From positions 640,001 to 704,000 of the forward strand of contig CAVYQE010000001.1 in the NCBI GenBank assembly GCA_963770565.1: DNA of 64,000 nucleotides, in the 5' to 3' direction. Source of the DNA: an uncultured Actinomycetota bacterium. Its GTDB lineage: Bacteria > Actinomycetota > Actinomycetes > JAFAQI01. Position numbers and translations under genes: made by a program. The notes beneath the pieces were generated by a model, which saw only the letters and a program-made list of their open reading frames with translations, made no database searches and had not been told where the DNA came from. The first letter of the stretch is position 1; every line of letters begins with the position of its first letter. Of the stretch, positions 49,309 through 60,764 are shown piece after piece.

Positions 49309-50240
49309 TGCCTACCGTCGAGGTCCAGTCGCCGTCCGGCGACGTCGCCGGCACGATCGAGTTGCCGGAGGCGTTGTTCGACGTCGACGTCAACATCCCG
49401 CTCGTCCACCAGGTGGTGGTGGCTCAGCTCGCGGCCGCCCGCCAGGGCACGCACGACACCAAGAACCGCGGCGAGGTGCGCGGCGGTGGCCGCAAGCCCT
49501 ACCGCCAGAAGGGGACCGGCCGGGCCCGTCAGGGATCGACCCGCGCCCCGCAGTTCGTCGGTGGCGGCGTGGTCCATGGCCCGACGCCGCGGTCCTACGC
49601 GCAGCGCACCCCGAAGAAGATGAAGGCGGCTGCGCTCCGCTCCGCGCTGTCCGACCGCGCCCGCGGCGGCCGGCTGCACGTCGTGTCCGCCCTGCTCGAA
49701 GGCGAGACACCCTCGACGAAGCAGGCCGCGGCCGCGCTCGCAAACATCGCTGACAGCCGGCACGTGCTGGTCGTCGTCAACCGCAGCGACACGCTGACGT
49801 GGAAGAGCCTGCGCAACGTCGAGACGGTGCACCTGATCGCCCCCGACCAGCTCAACACCTACGACGTGCTGGTCAGCGACGACGTGGTGTTCACCGAGGG
49901 CGCGCTTGCGACCTTCGTCGCGGGCGGCAAGGCGATCGGCGAGGCGGTCGACCTGCTCGCGGTCACCCCGTCGGCCAAGAAGGCCCCGGCGAAGAAGGCG
50001 GCCGCCAAGAAGGCCGCCGACGCCGAGCCCGCTGCCGAACCGGCGACTGAGGCTGCTGAGGCCGCCGCCGAGCCGGCCAAGAAGGCCCCGGCGAAGAAGG
50101 CACCTGCCAAGAAGGCCGCCGACGCGGAGCCGGCCGCCAAGAAGGCGGCGCCGGCCAAGAAGGCGGCTGCCAAGAAGGCCGTCGCGGCTGACGACTCGGC
50201 CGACGACGACGGCGTACCGACCGAGGAGGTGTCGGAGTGA
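49308..50240 (+). CDS. rplD: 50S ribosomal protein L4 with PAKKA-repeat tail
   Basis: [15 protein letters not shown]. Confidence 0.98.
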   Translation: MPTVEVQSPSGDVAGTIELPEALFDVDVNIPLVHQVVVAQLAAARQGTHDTKNRGEVRGGGRKPYRQKGTGRARQGSTRAPQFVGGGVVHGPTPRSYAQRTPKKMKAAALRSALSDRARGGRLHVVSALLEGETPSTKQAAAALANIADSRHVLVVVNRSDTLTWKSLRNVETVHLIAPDQLNTYDVLVSDDVVFTEGALATFVAGGKAIGEAVDLLAVTPSAKKAPAKKAAAKKAADAEPAAEPATEAAEAAAEPAKKAPAKKAPAKKAADAEPAAKKAAPAKKAAAKKAVAADDSADDDGVPTEEVSE

Positions 50241-50536
50241 GCACGATTCCTGACCCGCGCGACGTCCTGCTCGGACCGGTCATCTCCGAGAAGAGCTACG
50301 GCCTGCTCGACGAGGGCAAGTACACCTTCCTCGTGCGCCCCGACGCCAACAAGACCCAGATCCGGATCGCCGTTGAGCAGGTCTTCAACGTCGGCGTGGT
50401 CTCGGTCAACACCTTGAACCGCCCGGGCAAGCGCAAGCGCACCCGCAACGGCTACGGCGTGCGCAACGGCAGCAAGCGCGCCGTCGTGTCCTTGCGACCC
50501 GGCGACCGCATCGACTTGTTCGGAGGTCCGGTCTAA
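50237..50536 (+). CDS. rplW: 50S ribosomal protein L23
   Basis: [21 protein letters not shown]. Confidence 0.98.
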   Translation: MSTIPDPRDVLLGPVISEKSYGLLDEGKYTFLVRPDANKTQIRIAVEQVFNVGVVSVNTLNRPGKRKRTRNGYGVRNGSKRAVVSLRPGDRIDLFGGPV

Positions 50537-50611
50537 GTGCCTCACGAAACCGCTCGCTTCGCTCACGCTTCCGCGGGGACCCCGAAAACCCAGATTGCTG
50601 AGGCCTTCTAA
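50537..50611 (+). other. 24-codon mini-ORF through a family C element, bridging rplW and rplB
   Basis: GTG directly after rplW TAA, GGAGG upstream; [24 protein letters not shown]; TAA overlaps rplB ATG (TAATG). Confidence 0.6.
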
Positions 50612-51447
50612 TGGGCATTCGCAAGTACAAGCCGACTACGCCGGGACGGCGTGGCGCCAGCGTGGCGGACTTCGTCGAGGTCACCCGTTCGACGCCGGAG
50701 AAGTCGCTGGTCCGCCCGCTGCACGGCAAAGGCGGCCGCAACGTCCACGGCCGAGTCACGGTCCGCCACCAAGGTGGTGGTCACAAGCGCTCGTACCGCG
50801 TGATCGACTTCCGGCGCCACGACAAGGACGGCGTACCGGCCAAGGTCGCGCACATCGAGTACGACCCGAACCGCACCGCCCGGATCGCGTTGCTGCACTA
50901 CGCCGACGGCGAGAAGCGCTACATCATCGCGCCGGCCCGGCTCAACCAGGGCGACACGGTCGAGGCCGGTCCGTCCGCGGACATCAAGCCGGGCAACAAC
51001 CTGCCGCTGCGCAACATCCCGGTCGGCACGGTGGTGCACGCCATCGAGCTGCGGCCGGGTGGCGGGGCGAAGATCGCTCGCTCGGCCGGCGCCAGCGTCC
51101 AGCTGGTAGCCAAGGACGGCGGGATGGCGCAGCTGCGGATGCCCTCGGGGGAGATCCGCAACGTCGACGCCCGCTGCCGCGCCACGATCGGTGAGGTCGG
51201 CAACGCCGAGCAGTCCAACATCAACTGGGGCAAGGCCGGCCGGATGCGCTGGAAGGGCAAGCGCCCGACCGTACGCGGCGTTGCCATGAACCCGATCGAC
51301 CACCCGCATGGCGGTGGCGAAGGCAAGAGCTCAGGCGGCCGGCACCCGGTCAGCCCCTGGGGTCAGCCGGAAGGCCGTACTCGCCAGGCCCACAAGGACA
51401 GCGATCGCCTCATTGTCCGCCGCCGCAAGGCGACGAAGAGGCGCTAG
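50611..51447 (+). CDS. rplB: 50S ribosomal protein L2
   Basis: [26 protein letters not shown]. Confidence 0.99.
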   Translation: MGIRKYKPTTPGRRGASVADFVEVTRSTPEKSLVRPLHGKGGRNVHGRVTVRHQGGGHKRSYRVIDFRRHDKDGVPAKVAHIEYDPNRTARIALLHYADGEKRYIIAPARLNQGDTVEAGPSADIKPGNNLPLRNIPVGTVVHAIELRPGGGAKIARSAGASVQLVAKDGGMAQLRMPSGEIRNVDARCRATIGEVGNAEQSNINWGKAGRMRWKGKRPTVRGVAMNPIDHPHGGGEGKSSGGRHPVSPWGQPEGRTRQAHKDSDRLIVRRRKATKRR

Positions 51448-51457
51448 GAGCTTATTG

Positions 51458-51739
51458 ATGCCGCGCAGTTTGAAGAAGGGTCCCTTCGTCGACGACCACC
51501 TGATCAAGAAGGTGGACGTGCAGAACGACAAGGGCACCAAAAACGTGATCAAGACCTGGTCGCGACGGTCGATGATCGTGCCGTCGATGCTGGGTCACAC
51601 CATCGCGGTCCACGACGGGCGCAAGCACGTTCCGGTGTTCGTCACCGAGGCGATGGTCGGCCACAAGCTCGGCGAGTTCGCGCCGACCCGTACTTTCCGC
51701 GGCCACATCAAGGACGAGCGGAGGGCGCGGCGTGCCTGA
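51458..51739 (+). CDS. rpsS: 30S ribosomal protein S19
   Basis: [23 protein letters not shown]. Confidence 0.99.
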   Translation: MPRSLKKGPFVDDHLIKKVDVQNDKGTKNVIKTWSRRSMIVPSMLGHTIAVHDGRKHVPVFVTEAMVGHKLGEFAPTRTFRGHIKDERRARRA

Positions 51740-52367
51740 CACCGATGAGGGCGCGACCACGGAGCCCGAAGTGACCACCGAGGTCGAGTCCACGACCGCC
51801 GAGGCGCAGACCACGGCCGAGCCGGCCAAGCCGCAGAAGCGGGCGGCCCGGGCGCGCAAGTCTGCCGAGTCGCCGGCCGCCGAGCCGGCGGCAACCGGCC
51901 GGACTGCGACCGCCACGGCGACCAAGACTGCTCCGCCACGTCGGCCGGTCCACGAGAACATCTACGACGAGGACATCGTCGGGCGCGCCACCGCGCGCTA
52001 CATCCGGATGACCCCGACCAAGGTGCGTCGCGTGGTCGACCTGGTGCGCGGCATGCCCGCCACCGACGCCCAGGCGATCATCAAGTTCGACCCGCACTCG
52101 GCCAGCGAGCCGGTCGGCAAGGTGCTCGACTCGGCGGTGGCGAACGCCGCCAACCTGGCGCACGTCCGCAACCAGCGGCTCGACCCGGAGGACCTGGTCA
52201 TCGTCGAGGCCTACGTCGACGACGGCCCGACCCTCAAGCGGTTCCGGCCGCGTGCGCAGGGCCGCGCCTACCGAATTCGCAAGCGAAGCAGCCACATCAC
52301 CATCGTCGTCGCGCCGGCACAGTCGGACGCCGCGATGTCGACGGGCTCGAGCAGGAAGGCCCACTGA
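51732..52367 (+). CDS. rplV: 50S ribosomal protein L22 with N-terminal extension
   Basis: [22 protein letters not shown]. Confidence 0.96.
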   Translation: MPDTDEGATTEPEVTTEVESTTAEAQTTAEPAKPQKRAARARKSAESPAAEPAATGRTATATATKTAPPRRPVHENIYDEDIVGRATARYIRMTPTKVRRVVDLVRGMPATDAQAIIKFDPHSASEPVGKVLDSAVANAANLAHVRNQRLDPEDLVIVEAYVDDGPTLKRFRPRAQGRAYRIRKRSSHITIVVAPAQSDAAMSTGSSRKAH

Positions 52368-53344
52368 TGGGTCAGAAGGTCAACCCGAACGGCTTCCGTC
52401 TCGGCATCACCACCCGGCACAAGAGCCGGTGGTACGCCGACAAGCTGTACCGGGACTACGTCAAGGAGGACGTCGCGATCCGGCGCCTGCTCACCAAGGG
52501 CATGGAGCGTGCCGGCATCAGCCGGGTCGAGATCGAGCGCACCCGCGACCGGGTGAACGTCGACATCCACACCGCGCGGCCGGGCATCGTGATCGGCCGC
52601 CGGGGCGCCGAGGCGGACCGGATCCGCGGCGACCTCGAGAAGCTCACGAACAAGCACGTCAACCTCAACATCCTCGAGGTGAAGAACCCCGAGATCGACG
52701 CACAGCTCGTCGCGCAGGGCGTCGCCGAGCAGCTGTCGAGCCGGGTCAGCTTCCGGCGGGCGATGCGCAAGGCGATGCAGTCGGCAATGAAGGGCGGCGC
52801 CAAGGGGATCCGGGTGCAGTGCGGTGGCCGCCTCGGCGGCGCCGAGATGAGCCGCTCGGAGTTCTACCGCGAAGGCCGCGTCCCGCTGCACACGCTGCGG
52901 GCGAACATCGACTTCGGCTTTTACGAGGCGCGAACGACCTTCGGCCGGATTGGCGTCAAGGTCTGGATCTACACCGGCGACGACGTCATGACCCGCGAGG
53001 AGCAGGCGGCGGCGGCCGCACTTCGGGCCCGCGACCAGCGCAACCGGCGCCCGCGCCGCGACCGGCCGTCCACCGCGGCCAGCGCCGCGGTCAACGGCCG
53101 GCTGGCCAGCCCGGCGGCCGAGGTTGCGGCACCTGAGCCGGTCGCCGAAACCCCCGCGCCGGCCGTCGAGACCACCGAGCCCGCAGTGCCTGAAGCCGCG
53201 GCACCCGAACCCGCAGCACCCGAAGCGGTCACGGAGCCGGTCGCGACGGAGGCTCCCGCTGACAGCGCGACGACCGCCGAGGCACCTGCTGCTCCGAGTG
53301 ACGCCGCGGACGCACCTTCCGAGCCGACGACGGAAGGAGCCTGA
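52367..53344 (+). CDS. rpsC: 30S ribosomal protein S3
   Basis: [23 protein letters not shown]. Confidence 0.99.
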   Translation: MGQKVNPNGFRLGITTRHKSRWYADKLYRDYVKEDVAIRRLLTKGMERAGISRVEIERTRDRVNVDIHTARPGIVIGRRGAEADRIRGDLEKLTNKHVNLNILEVKNPEIDAQLVAQGVAEQLSSRVSFRRAMRKAMQSAMKGGAKGIRVQCGGRLGGAEMSRSEFYREGRVPLHTLRANIDFGFYEARTTFGRIGVKVWIYTGDDVMTREEQAAAAALRARDQRNRRPRRDRPSTAASAAVNGRLASPAAEVAAPEPVAETPAPAVETTEPAVPEAAAPEPAAPEAVTEPVATEAPADSATTAEAPAAPSDAADAPSEPTTEGA

Positions 53345-53346
53345 CC

Positions 53347-53766
53347 ATGTTGATCCCCCGACGGGTCAAGCACCGCAAGCAGCATCACCCCGGCCGCTCA
53401 GGGGCGGCCAAGGGTGGGACCCGGGTGGCCTTCGGCGAGTACGGCATCCAGGCGCTCGAGCCGGCGTACGTCACCAACCGGCAGATCGAGGCGGCCCGTA
53501 TTGCCATCACCCGGCATATCCGGCGTGGCGGCAAGGTGTGGATCAACATCTACCCTGACCGGCCGATCACGAAGAAGCCGGCCGAGACCCGGATGGGCTC
53601 CGGCAAGGGTTCGCCGGAGTGGTGGATCGCCAACGTCAAGCCGGGACGGGTGATGTTCGAGCTGTCCTACCCGAACGAGACGACCGCACGGGAGGCGCTG
53701 ACCCGCGCGATCCACAAGCTGCCGATGAAGTGCCGGATCGTGACTCGCGAAGTGGGTGAGGGCTGA
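53347..53766 (+). CDS. rplP: 50S ribosomal protein L16
   Basis: [12 protein letters not shown]. Confidence 0.99.
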   Translation: MLIPRRVKHRKQHHPGRSGAAKGGTRVAFGEYGIQALEPAYVTNRQIEAARIAITRHIRRGGKVWINIYPDRPITKKPAETRMGSGKGSPEWWIANVKPGRVMFELSYPNETTAREALTRAIHKLPMKCRIVTREVGEG

Positions 53767-53999
53767 TGGCTGCGGGGACACCGACCGTGGAGTTGCGCGG
53801 CCTCGAGGACGACGAGCTGGTGACCAAGCTCCGCGAGTCCAAGGAAGAGCTGTTCAACCTGCGTTTCCAGTCGGCCACCGGCCAGCTGGACAACAACAAG
53901 CGACTGCAGACGGTGCGTCACGACATCGCCCGCATCTACACCGTCATGCGCGAGCGCGAGCTCGGGTTGACTGCGGCCCCGATCAGCGACGCGGAGTGA
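53766..53999 (+). CDS. rpmC: 50S ribosomal protein L29
   Basis: [14 protein letters not shown]. Confidence 0.98.
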   Translation: MAAGTPTVELRGLEDDELVTKLRESKEELFNLRFQSATGQLDNNKRLQTVRHDIARIYTVMRERELGLTAAPISDAE

Positions 54000-54006
54000 G
54001 GACACG

Positions 54007-54291
54007 ATGACCGACACCACATCGACGCAGGGCGCGCCAGTGCGCGCGTTCCGCAAGACCCGCGAGGGCTACGTCGTCAGCGACAAGATGAACAAGACCG
54101 TCACGGTCGAGGTCGAGGACCGGGTTCTGCACGCCCGCTACGGCAAGACGATCCGCCGGACCAAGAAGATCAAGGCGCACGACGAGGCCAACGAGGTCGG
54201 TATCGGTGACCGCGTGTTGCTGATGGAGACCCGGCCGATGTCGGCCACCAAGCGCTGGCGCGTCGTACAGATCCTGGAGAAAGCAAAATGA
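54007..54291 (+). CDS. rpsQ: 30S ribosomal protein S17
   Basis: [22 protein letters not shown]. Confidence 0.98.
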   Translation: MTDTTSTQGAPVRAFRKTREGYVVSDKMNKTVTVEVEDRVLHARYGKTIRRTKKIKAHDEANEVGIGDRVLLMETRPMSATKRWRVVQILEKAK

Positions 54292-54659
54292 TCCAGCAGG
54301 AGTCCCGGCTTCGGGTCGCCGACAACACGGGTGCCAAGGAGATCTTGTGCATCCGGGTGCTCGGAGGCTCGGGTCGGCGCTACGCCGGCATCGGCGACAT
54401 CATCGTCGGTACGGTCAAGGACGCGTTGCCGGGCGCCGGGGTGAAGAAGGGCGACGTCGTCAAGGCGGTCATCGTCCGTACGACGAAAAGCCGGCGGCGT
54501 CCCGACGGCTCCTACATCAAGTTCGACGAGAACGCTGCCGTGCTGATCCGTGACGGCGGCGGCGAGCCGCGCGGCACGCGCATCTTCGGCCCGGTGGGCC
54601 GCGAGCTGCGCGACAAGCGCTTCATGCGGATCATCTCGCTGGCACCGGAGGTCTTGTAA
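54288..54659 (+). CDS. rplN: 50S ribosomal protein L14
   Basis: [16 protein letters not shown]. Confidence 0.99.
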   Translation: MIQQESRLRVADNTGAKEILCIRVLGGSGRRYAGIGDIIVGTVKDALPGAGVKKGDVVKAVIVRTTKSRRRPDGSYIKFDENAAVLIRDGGGEPRGTRIFGPVGRELRDKRFMRIISLAPEVL

Positions 54660-54662
54660 GTC

Positions 54663-54989
54663 ATGGCTGGATTGTTCGTGAAGAAGGGCGACACCGTCCT
54701 CGTGCGCAGCGGCAAGGACCGCGGCGCCCGCGGCAAGGTGCTGCTGACCTCGCCGCAAAGTCAGCGGGTCCTCGTCGAGGGTGTCAACCGGGTCAAGAAG
54801 CACACCAAGATCCAGACCACGACCCGTGGCGCGCAAGAAGGCGGCATCGTGCACCAGGAGGCCGCGATCCACGTCAGCAACGTGCAGGTCATCTGCCCGA
54901 CCTGCGGGAAGCCGACCCGAATCGGTCACCGTAAGAACAGTGAAGGCCGCAACGTCCGCGTCTGCCGCAAGTGCGACGCGGAGCTGTAG
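54663..54989 (+). CDS. rplX: 50S ribosomal protein L24
   Basis: [18 protein letters not shown] motif. Confidence 0.98.
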   Translation: MAGLFVKKGDTVLVRSGKDRGARGKVLLTSPQSQRVLVEGVNRVKKHTKIQTTTRGAQEGGIVHQEAAIHVSNVQVICPTCGKPTRIGHRKNSEGRNVRVCRKCDAEL

Positions 54990-55007
54990 GCCAGGGAGCG
55001 CATCGAA

Positions 55008-55580
55008 ATGACAGTGACCACCACAGAGACGAACACGGTCCCGCGGCTCAAGCAGCGCTACCGCGACGAGATCCTGCCCGCGCTGCGCGAGCAGTTCACC
55101 TACGCCAATGTCATGCAGGTCCCGACGCTGGTGAAGGTGAAGGTCAACATGGGCGTCGGCGAGGCGGCCCGTGACGGCAAGCTCATCGAAGGCGCGATCC
55201 GTGACCTGACCGCGATCACCGGCCAGCGTCCGGCGATCGCCCGCGCGCGGCTGTCGATCGCCCAGTTCAAGCTGCGCGAGGGCATGCCGATCGGCGCGCA
55301 CGTCACGCTGCGCGGAGACCGGATGTGGGAGTTCGTGGACCGGCTGCTTACCACCGCGCTTCCCCGGATCCGCGACTTCCGTGGCCTTGACGCGCGCAAG
55401 CTCGATGGCAACGGCAACTACACCTTCGGTCTGACCGAGCAGTCGATGTTCCACGAGATCGACCCCGACTCGATCGACCGGGTCCGTGGCATGGACATCA
55501 CGCTGGTCACCACGGCACATACCGACGACGAGGGTCGCGCACTGCTGCGTGCTCTCGGATTCCCCTTCAAGGAGGCCTGA
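55008..55580 (+). CDS. rplE: 50S ribosomal protein L5
   Basis: [19 protein letters not shown]. Confidence 0.99.
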   Translation: MTVTTTETNTVPRLKQRYRDEILPALREQFTYANVMQVPTLVKVKVNMGVGEAARDGKLIEGAIRDLTAITGQRPAIARARLSIAQFKLREGMPIGAHVTLRGDRMWEFVDRLLTTALPRIRDFRGLDARKLDGNGNYTFGLTEQSMFHEIDPDSIDRVRGMDITLVTTAHTDDEGRALLRALGFPFKEA

Positions 55581-55583
55581 TCC

Positions 55584-55769
55584 ATGGCGACGAAGGCGTG
55601 GATCGCGAAAGCGGCCCGCAAGCCCAAGTACGCCGTACGCGGCTACACCCGCTGCTCGCGCTGCGGACGATCGCGCGCGGTCTACCGGACCTTCGGCCTG
55701 TGCCGGATCTGCATGCGCGAGATGGCGCACGCAGGCGAGCTGCCCGGTATCACCAAGAGTTCTTGGTGA
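55584..55769 (+). CDS. rpsZ: 30S ribosomal protein S14, type Z (Zn-binding)
   Basis: CSRC...CRIC, 61 aa. Confidence 0.97.
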   Translation: MATKAWIAKAARKPKYAVRGYTRCSRCGRSRAVYRTFGLCRICMREMAHAGELPGITKSSW

Positions 55770-55885
55770 ATACCCCACCACGTTGCTCGCTGCGCTCACA
55801 ACGCGGCGTGCACCTCGAAAACCCGATCTTCGACGCAGGCCCGGCAGGCGCCGGGAACCACGGCGGGAAGGACATCACCGCATGA
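55766..55885 (+). other. 39-codon mini-ORF through a family C element, bridging rpsZ and rpsH
   Basis: GTG overlaps rpsZ TGA (GTGA); TGA overlaps rpsH ATG (ATGA); element at 55773-55826. Confidence 0.6.
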
Positions 55886-56298
55886 CCATGACCGACCCCA
55901 TCGCAGACATGCTGACCCGGCTGCGAAACGCGAACTCGGCCTATCACGACACCGTCGCGATGCCGCACTCGACGCTGAAGGTCCACATCGCGGAGATCCT
56001 CCAGCAGGAGGGCTACATCTCCTCGTGGCAGGTCCTCGAGCCGACCGAAGAGGTCAAGGGCGCACCCGGCAAGACGCTGATCGTCACGCTGAAGTTCGGC
56101 CCTAACCGCGAGCGCTCGATCGCAGGTGTGCGTCGGATCAGCAAGCCGGGTCTGCGGGTCTACGCGAAGGCCACCAACCTGCCCAAGGTCCTCGGCGGGC
56201 TCGGCGTCGCGATCATCTCGACGTCCGCAGGCCTGCGGACCGACCGGCAGTGTTCGAAACAGGGCGTAGGCGGGGAAGTCCTCGCCTACATCTGGTGA
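55882..56298 (+). CDS. rpsH: 30S ribosomal protein S8
   Basis: [24 protein letters not shown]. Confidence 0.99.
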   Translation: MTMTDPIADMLTRLRNANSAYHDTVAMPHSTLKVHIAEILQQEGYISSWQVLEPTEEVKGAPGKTLIVTLKFGPNRERSIAGVRRISKPGLRVYAKATNLPKVLGGLGVAIISTSAGLRTDRQCSKQGVGGEVLAYIW

Positions 56299-56311
56299 CG
56301 GGAGGTTTGAC

Positions 56312-56848
56312 ATGAGCCGAATCGGCAGAATGCCGATCCCCGTGCCAGCAGGGGTCGAGGTCACGATCGACGGTCGTGACGTGACCGTGAAGGGCCCGAA
56401 GGGCACCTTGTCCCACTCGGTCGTCGAGCCGATCACGGTCGAGGCAAACGACGGCGCGCTGATCGTGGCCCGTCCCGACGACGAGCGCGACAGCAAGGCC
56501 AGGCATGGCCTGACCCGCACGCTGGTCGCCAACATGGTCATCGGCGTGACCGAGGGCTACTCCAAGACCCTCGAGATCGTCGGCACGGGCTACCGCGTAC
56601 AGGCCAGGGGTAGTGACCTGGAGTTCGCGCTCGGGTTCAGCCACCCGGTCACCGTGGTCGCGCCCGACGGCATCACCTTCGCGGTCGAGGCACCGACCCG
56701 GTTCGTCGTTTCGGGCATCGACAAGCAGAAGGTCGGCGAGACGGCCGCCAACATTCGCAAGATTCGCAAGCCCGAGCCGTACAAGGGCAAGGGCGTGCGC
56801 TACTCGGGCGAGGTCGTCCGACGCAAGGCCGGAAAGGCAGGGAAGTAG
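56312..56848 (+). CDS. rplF: 50S ribosomal protein L6
   Basis: [12 protein letters not shown]. Confidence 0.99.
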   Translation: MSRIGRMPIPVPAGVEVTIDGRDVTVKGPKGTLSHSVVEPITVEANDGALIVARPDDERDSKARHGLTRTLVANMVIGVTEGYSKTLEIVGTGYRVQARGSDLEFALGFSHPVTVVAPDGITFAVEAPTRFVVSGIDKQKVGETAANIRKIRKPEPYKGKGVRYSGEVVRRKAGKAGK

Positions 56849-56850
56849 CC

Positions 56851-57369
56851 ATGAGTGCGCCGAGGACATCGCGGTTGCGCCGTACTGCGCGCAGCCGTCG
56901 GCACCTGCGGGTGCGCAAGAAGGTCACCGGTACGCCGGCCCGGCCGCGCATGGTCGTCACCCGTTCTGCCCGCCACATCTACGTGCAGGTCGTCGATGAC
57001 ACCGCCAGTCACACCCTGGTGGCGGCATCGACGCTCGACTCCGGCATCCGGGACGCCGCCGGGGACAAGAAGGCCAAGGCCGCGAAGGTCGGCAAGCTGC
57101 TTGCCGAGCGGGCCGGCCAGGCCGGAATCGGCAAGGTCGTCTTCGACCGAGGTGGCAACCGCTACCACGGCCGGATCGCGGCGCTGGCCGATGCAGCTCG
57201 AGAGGCCGGCCTTGAGTTCAGATATCCCCACGAAAGCGCTCCGCTGCGCTCAACGCTTCCGCGGGGGCCCCGGAAAGAGAGTCCCCACGAAAGCGCTCCG
57301 CTGCGCTCCACGCTTCCGCGGGGGCCCCAACCAGAGAGTCAGACGATGAAGCTTGGAAGGAAGAGCTAA
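56851..57369 (+). CDS. rplR: 50S ribosomal protein L18, C-terminally extended through two repeat copies
   Basis: [13 protein letters not shown]...AGLEF then open frame to TAA overlapping rpsE ATG. Confidence 0.93.
   Translation: MSAPRTSRLRRTARSRRHLRVRKKVTGTPARPRMVVTRSARHIYVQVVDDTASHTLVAASTLDSGIRDAAGDKKAKAAKVGKLLAERAGQAGIGKVVFDRGGNRYHGRIAALADAAREAGLEFRYPHESAPLRSTLPRGPRKESPHESAPLRSTLPRGPQPESQTMKLGRKS
57226..57328 (-). repeat. Two tandem family C elements (57-bp period)
   Basis: CCCCACGAAAGCGCTCCGCTGCGCTCMACGCTTCCGCGGGGGCCCC at 57226 and 57283. Confidence 0.9.
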
Positions 57370-57995
57370 TGCCAGGAGCCCAACGACGCGGGACCGGTGC
57401 CGGTGGCGCTGCCGGCGGTAGCGGCGGCGATCGGCAGGGCCGTCGCGAGGGTGGCGGCCGGGGTGCCGGTGGCGCTGCGGCTTCGGCGTACCTCGAGCGA
57501 GTGGTCGCGATCAACCGGGTTGCCAAGGTGGTCAAGGGCGGCCGGCGGTTCAGCTTCACCGCGCTGGTGATCGTCGGCGACGGCGATGGTCAGGTCGGGG
57601 TCGGCTACGGCAAGGCCAAGGAGGTGCCCGCGGCGATTGCCAAGGGCGTCGAGGAGGCCAAGAAGCACTTCTTCTCCGTCCCCCGGATCCAGGGCACGAT
57701 CCCGCATCCGGTCCAGGGCGAGGCGGCCGCGGGCGTGGTCCTGCTCAAGCCGGCTTCGCCGGGTACCGGCGTCATCGCCGGCGGCCCGGTGCGCGCCGTG
57801 CTGGAGTGCGCGGGGATCCACGACGTGCTGTCCAAGTCGCTCGGGTCGTCCAACCCGATCAACATCGTGCACGCGACCGTGGCCGCACTGAAGGACCTGT
57901 ACCGTCCCGAGGAGATCGCGGCCCGCCGGGGCCTGCCGATCGAGGATGTCGCCCCGGCAGCGATGCTGCGGGCCCGCGCGGCGGCGAGTGTGTGA
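57369..57995 (+). CDS. rpsE: 30S ribosomal protein S5
   Basis: [16 protein letters not shown]. Confidence 0.99.
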   Translation: MPGAQRRGTGAGGAAGGSGGDRQGRREGGGRGAGGAAASAYLERVVAINRVAKVVKGGRRFSFTALVIVGDGDGQVGVGYGKAKEVPAAIAKGVEEAKKHFFSVPRIQGTIPHPVQGEAAAGVVLLKPASPGTGVIAGGPVRAVLECAGIHDVLSKSLGSSNPINIVHATVAALKDLYRPEEIAARRGLPIEDVAPAAMLRARAAASV

Positions 57996-58177
57996 TGCCG
58001 CGCCTGAAGATCACCCAGACCCGGTCGCCGATCGGGGGGACGCGCAACCAGCGCGACACCCTCCGCTCGCTCGGCCTCAAGCGCATGCGCGATACCGCGG
58101 TGCAGGAGGACCGGCCCGAGATCCGCGGCATGGTCCGAGCCATCGCACACCTCGTCACGGTCGAGGAGGTCGATTGA
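57995..58177 (+). CDS. rpmD: 50S ribosomal protein L30
   Basis: [11 protein letters not shown]...LRSLGLKR. Confidence 0.98.
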   Translation: MPRLKITQTRSPIGGTRNQRDTLRSLGLKRMRDTAVQEDRPEIRGMVRAIAHLVTVEEVD

Positions 58178-58178
58178 G

Positions 58179-58619
58179 ATGACGTTGAAGGTCCATCACC
58201 TGCGCCCGGCCGACGGTGCGCACAAGCCCAAGCAGCGGCTCGGCCGTGGCGAGGGCTCCAAAGGCAAAACCGCAGGTCGGGGCACTAAAGGCAGCAAGGC
58301 GCGGACCCAGGTGTCGGCGGCGTTCGAGGGCGGCCAGATGCCGTACCACATGCGGGTGCCGAAGCTGAAGGGCTTCACCAACCCCAACCGCGTGGTCTAC
58401 CAGGTCGTCAATCTCGACCGCCTGTCGGCGCTGTTCCCGGACGGTGGCGAGGTCGATCCGGACGTGTTGGCCGATCGGGGGGCCGTGCGCAAGGGACAGC
58501 TGGTGAAGATCCTCGGAACAGGAGATGTCGCGAGCGCGATGTCGGTGCGGGCACACGCTTTCTCCGACGCCGCGCGACGCAAGATCGCCGCTGCCGGGGG
58601 GACTACCACAGACCTGTAG
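58179..58619 (+). CDS. rplO: 50S ribosomal protein L15
   Basis: [26 protein letters not shown]. Confidence 0.99.
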   Translation: MTLKVHHLRPADGAHKPKQRLGRGEGSKGKTAGRGTKGSKARTQVSAAFEGGQMPYHMRVPKLKGFTNPNRVVYQVVNLDRLSALFPDGGEVDPDVLADRGAVRKGQLVKILGTGDVASAMSVRAHAFSDAARRKIAAAGGTTTDL

Positions 58620-58740
58620 GTCCCCGGGCGCGCGCTCGTCCGAGCGCGTGGCCGGGGTACAGTCGGCGGGCATGAATGTGGTCGCCGGACCCCCATCGAC
58701 CGCTCGCCCCGTACCGGATTAGTCCGCCTCAGGAGGAGCC

Positions 58741-60066
58741 GTGCTCACCGCTTTCGGCAGGGCCTTCCGCACGCCGGATCTGCGGAACAAACTGCTGTTC
58801 ACGCTGGGGATCCTTGCGCTGTTCCGGCTCGGGTCGACCATCCCGGCACCGGGGGTCAACTACCAGAACGTGCACACCTGCCTGGCGCTGGACAAGAACA
58901 GCTCGGTGCTCGCGCTGGTCAACCTCTTCAGTGGCGGTGCGCTGCTCCAGTTGACCGTGTTCGCGCTCGGAATCATGCCCTACATCACGAGCAGCATCAT
59001 CATCCAGCTGCTGGTGGTCGTGATCCCGCGGCTCGAGCGGCTCAAGGAGCAGGGTCAAAGTGGGCAGGCGAAGCTGACCCAGTACACCCGTTACCTGACG
59101 GTGTCGCTGGCGATCCTGCAGGCGACCGGCATCGTCGCACTGGCCCGCAGCGGCCGGCTGCTGCCGTGTACCAACTCGGCCGGGCAACAGATCTCGCTGC
59201 TGTACTCCACCTCGGTTTTCCGGATCATCACGCTGGTCGTGACGATGACGGCGGGCACAGCGGTCATCATGTGGCTCGGCGAGCTGATCACCGACCGCGG
59301 CATCGGCAACGGCATGTCGCTGCTGATCTTCACCTCGATCGCGGCCCGGTTCCCGAGCCAGGGCAGCCAGATCCTGCAGAGCCGCGGCGTGTCCACGTTC
59401 GTGGGGGTGCTGCTCGCGGGTCTGCTGATCATCGTCGGCATCGTGTTCATGGAACAGGGCCAGCGCCGGATTCCGGTGCAATACGCGAAACGAATGATCG
59501 GCCGCCGGATGTACGGCGGCACCTCGACCTACATACCGCTCAAGGTCAACCAGGCCGGCGTCATCCCGGTCATCTTCTCGTCGTCGCTGCTCTACCTGCC
59601 ACAGCTGCTCGGGCAGGTGTGGACGTCGAACCCCGGCTTCACGAACTTCGTCACGCGCTACTTCAACGCCAACAACCCGAACTACGTCTACATCCTGACG
59701 TATGCGTTGCTGACGGTCTTCTTCACGTATTTCTATGTCGCGATCACGTTCAACCCGGTCGAGGTCAGCGACAACATGCGCAAGTACGGCGGCTTCATCC
59801 CCGGCATCAGACCGGGTCGTCCGACGGCGGAATACCTCGAGTACGTCCTCTCGCGCATCACGTTCCCGGGCTCGCTCTATCTCACGGCCATTGCCGTGCT
59901 CCCTATCCTTGCGTTGCACTACCTGCCAGGCGCTGCGTCGGGCACCAACCAGGCGTTCCCCTTCGGCGGCACCTCGGTGCTGATCCTGGTAGGTGTCGGT
60001 CTCGATACGTCGAAGCAGATCGAGAGCCAGTTGATGCTGCGCAACTACGAAGGCTTCTTGCGGTAG
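58741..60066 (+). CDS. secY: Preprotein translocase subunit SecY
   Basis: [27 protein letters not shown]. Confidence 0.99.
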   Translation: MLTAFGRAFRTPDLRNKLLFTLGILALFRLGSTIPAPGVNYQNVHTCLALDKNSSVLALVNLFSGGALLQLTVFALGIMPYITSSIIIQLLVVVIPRLERLKEQGQSGQAKLTQYTRYLTVSLAILQATGIVALARSGRLLPCTNSAGQQISLLYSTSVFRIITLVVTMTAGTAVIMWLGELITDRGIGNGMSLLIFTSIAARFPSQGSQILQSRGVSTFVGVLLAGLLIIVGIVFMEQGQRRIPVQYAKRMIGRRMYGGTSTYIPLKVNQAGVIPVIFSSSLLYLPQLLGQVWTSNPGFTNFVTRYFNANNPNYVYILTYALLTVFFTYFYVAITFNPVEVSDNMRKYGGFIPGIRPGRPTAEYLEYVLSRITFPGSLYLTAIAVLPILALHYLPGAASGTNQAFPFGGTSVLILVGVGLDTSKQIESQLMLRNYEGFLR

Positions 60067-60079
60067 TGCGGCGCCTCCG

Positions 60080-60736
60080 ATGAGGCTCGTTCTCGTGGGC
60101 CCCCCTGGTGCGGGGAAGGGGACGCAGGCCCAGTTTGTCTCGGCGCATCTCGCCGTACTGCAGATCTCGACCGGCGACATCTTTCGCGCGCACGTGAGCC
60201 ACGGCACCCAGCTGGGCAAGCAGGCGCGGGAGTTCATGGACGCCGGCGACCTCGTACCGGACGAGATCACCGTGGCGATGGTGCGGGACCGGCTCGAGTC
60301 CGACGATGCCGATCGCGGCTTCCTACTCGACGGCTTCCCGCGCACGGTTCCGCAGGCGGTGCAGCTCGACGAGATCCTGCGCGAGCTCGACACCGAGCTC
60401 GACGTCGTCCTCGAGCTGGTGGTCGACGACGGCGAGGTCGTGCGCCGGCTCTCCGGCCGCCGGACCTGTCGCAGCTGTGGCCACATCTGGCACGTCGACT
60501 TCGATCCGCCCTCGGCCGACGGGGTCTGTGACAACTGCGGCGGCCAGCTCTTCCAGCGCGACGACGACCAGCCCGCGACGATCCGGCACCGGCTCGAGGT
60601 CTACTACGAACAGACGGCTCCGCTGATCGGCTATTACGCTGAGCAGGGCATTCTGGTCGGTATCGATGCGATGGGCCCGGTTGACGACGTCACCGAACGC
60701 GCGTCGGCCGCCCTGAGGCCGTTCTCGCGGTCGTGA
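60080..60736 (+). CDS. adk: Adenylate kinase (Zn-type LID)
   Basis: [17 protein letters not shown]. Confidence 0.98.
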   Translation: MRLVLVGPPGAGKGTQAQFVSAHLAVLQISTGDIFRAHVSHGTQLGKQAREFMDAGDLVPDEITVAMVRDRLESDDADRGFLLDGFPRTVPQAVQLDEILRELDTELDVVLELVVDDGEVVRRLSGRRTCRSCGHIWHVDFDPPSADGVCDNCGGQLFQRDDDQPATIRHRLEVYYEQTAPLIGYYAEQGILVGIDAMGPVDDVTERASAALRPFSRS

Positions 60737-60764
60737 GCGGTTGCTGGAGGAGAGAGCACTACAG

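Noticed and set aside
50540-50593. Family C elements as integron attC sites
   Set aside because: No RYYYAAC/GTTRRRY ends, no cassette array and no integrase.
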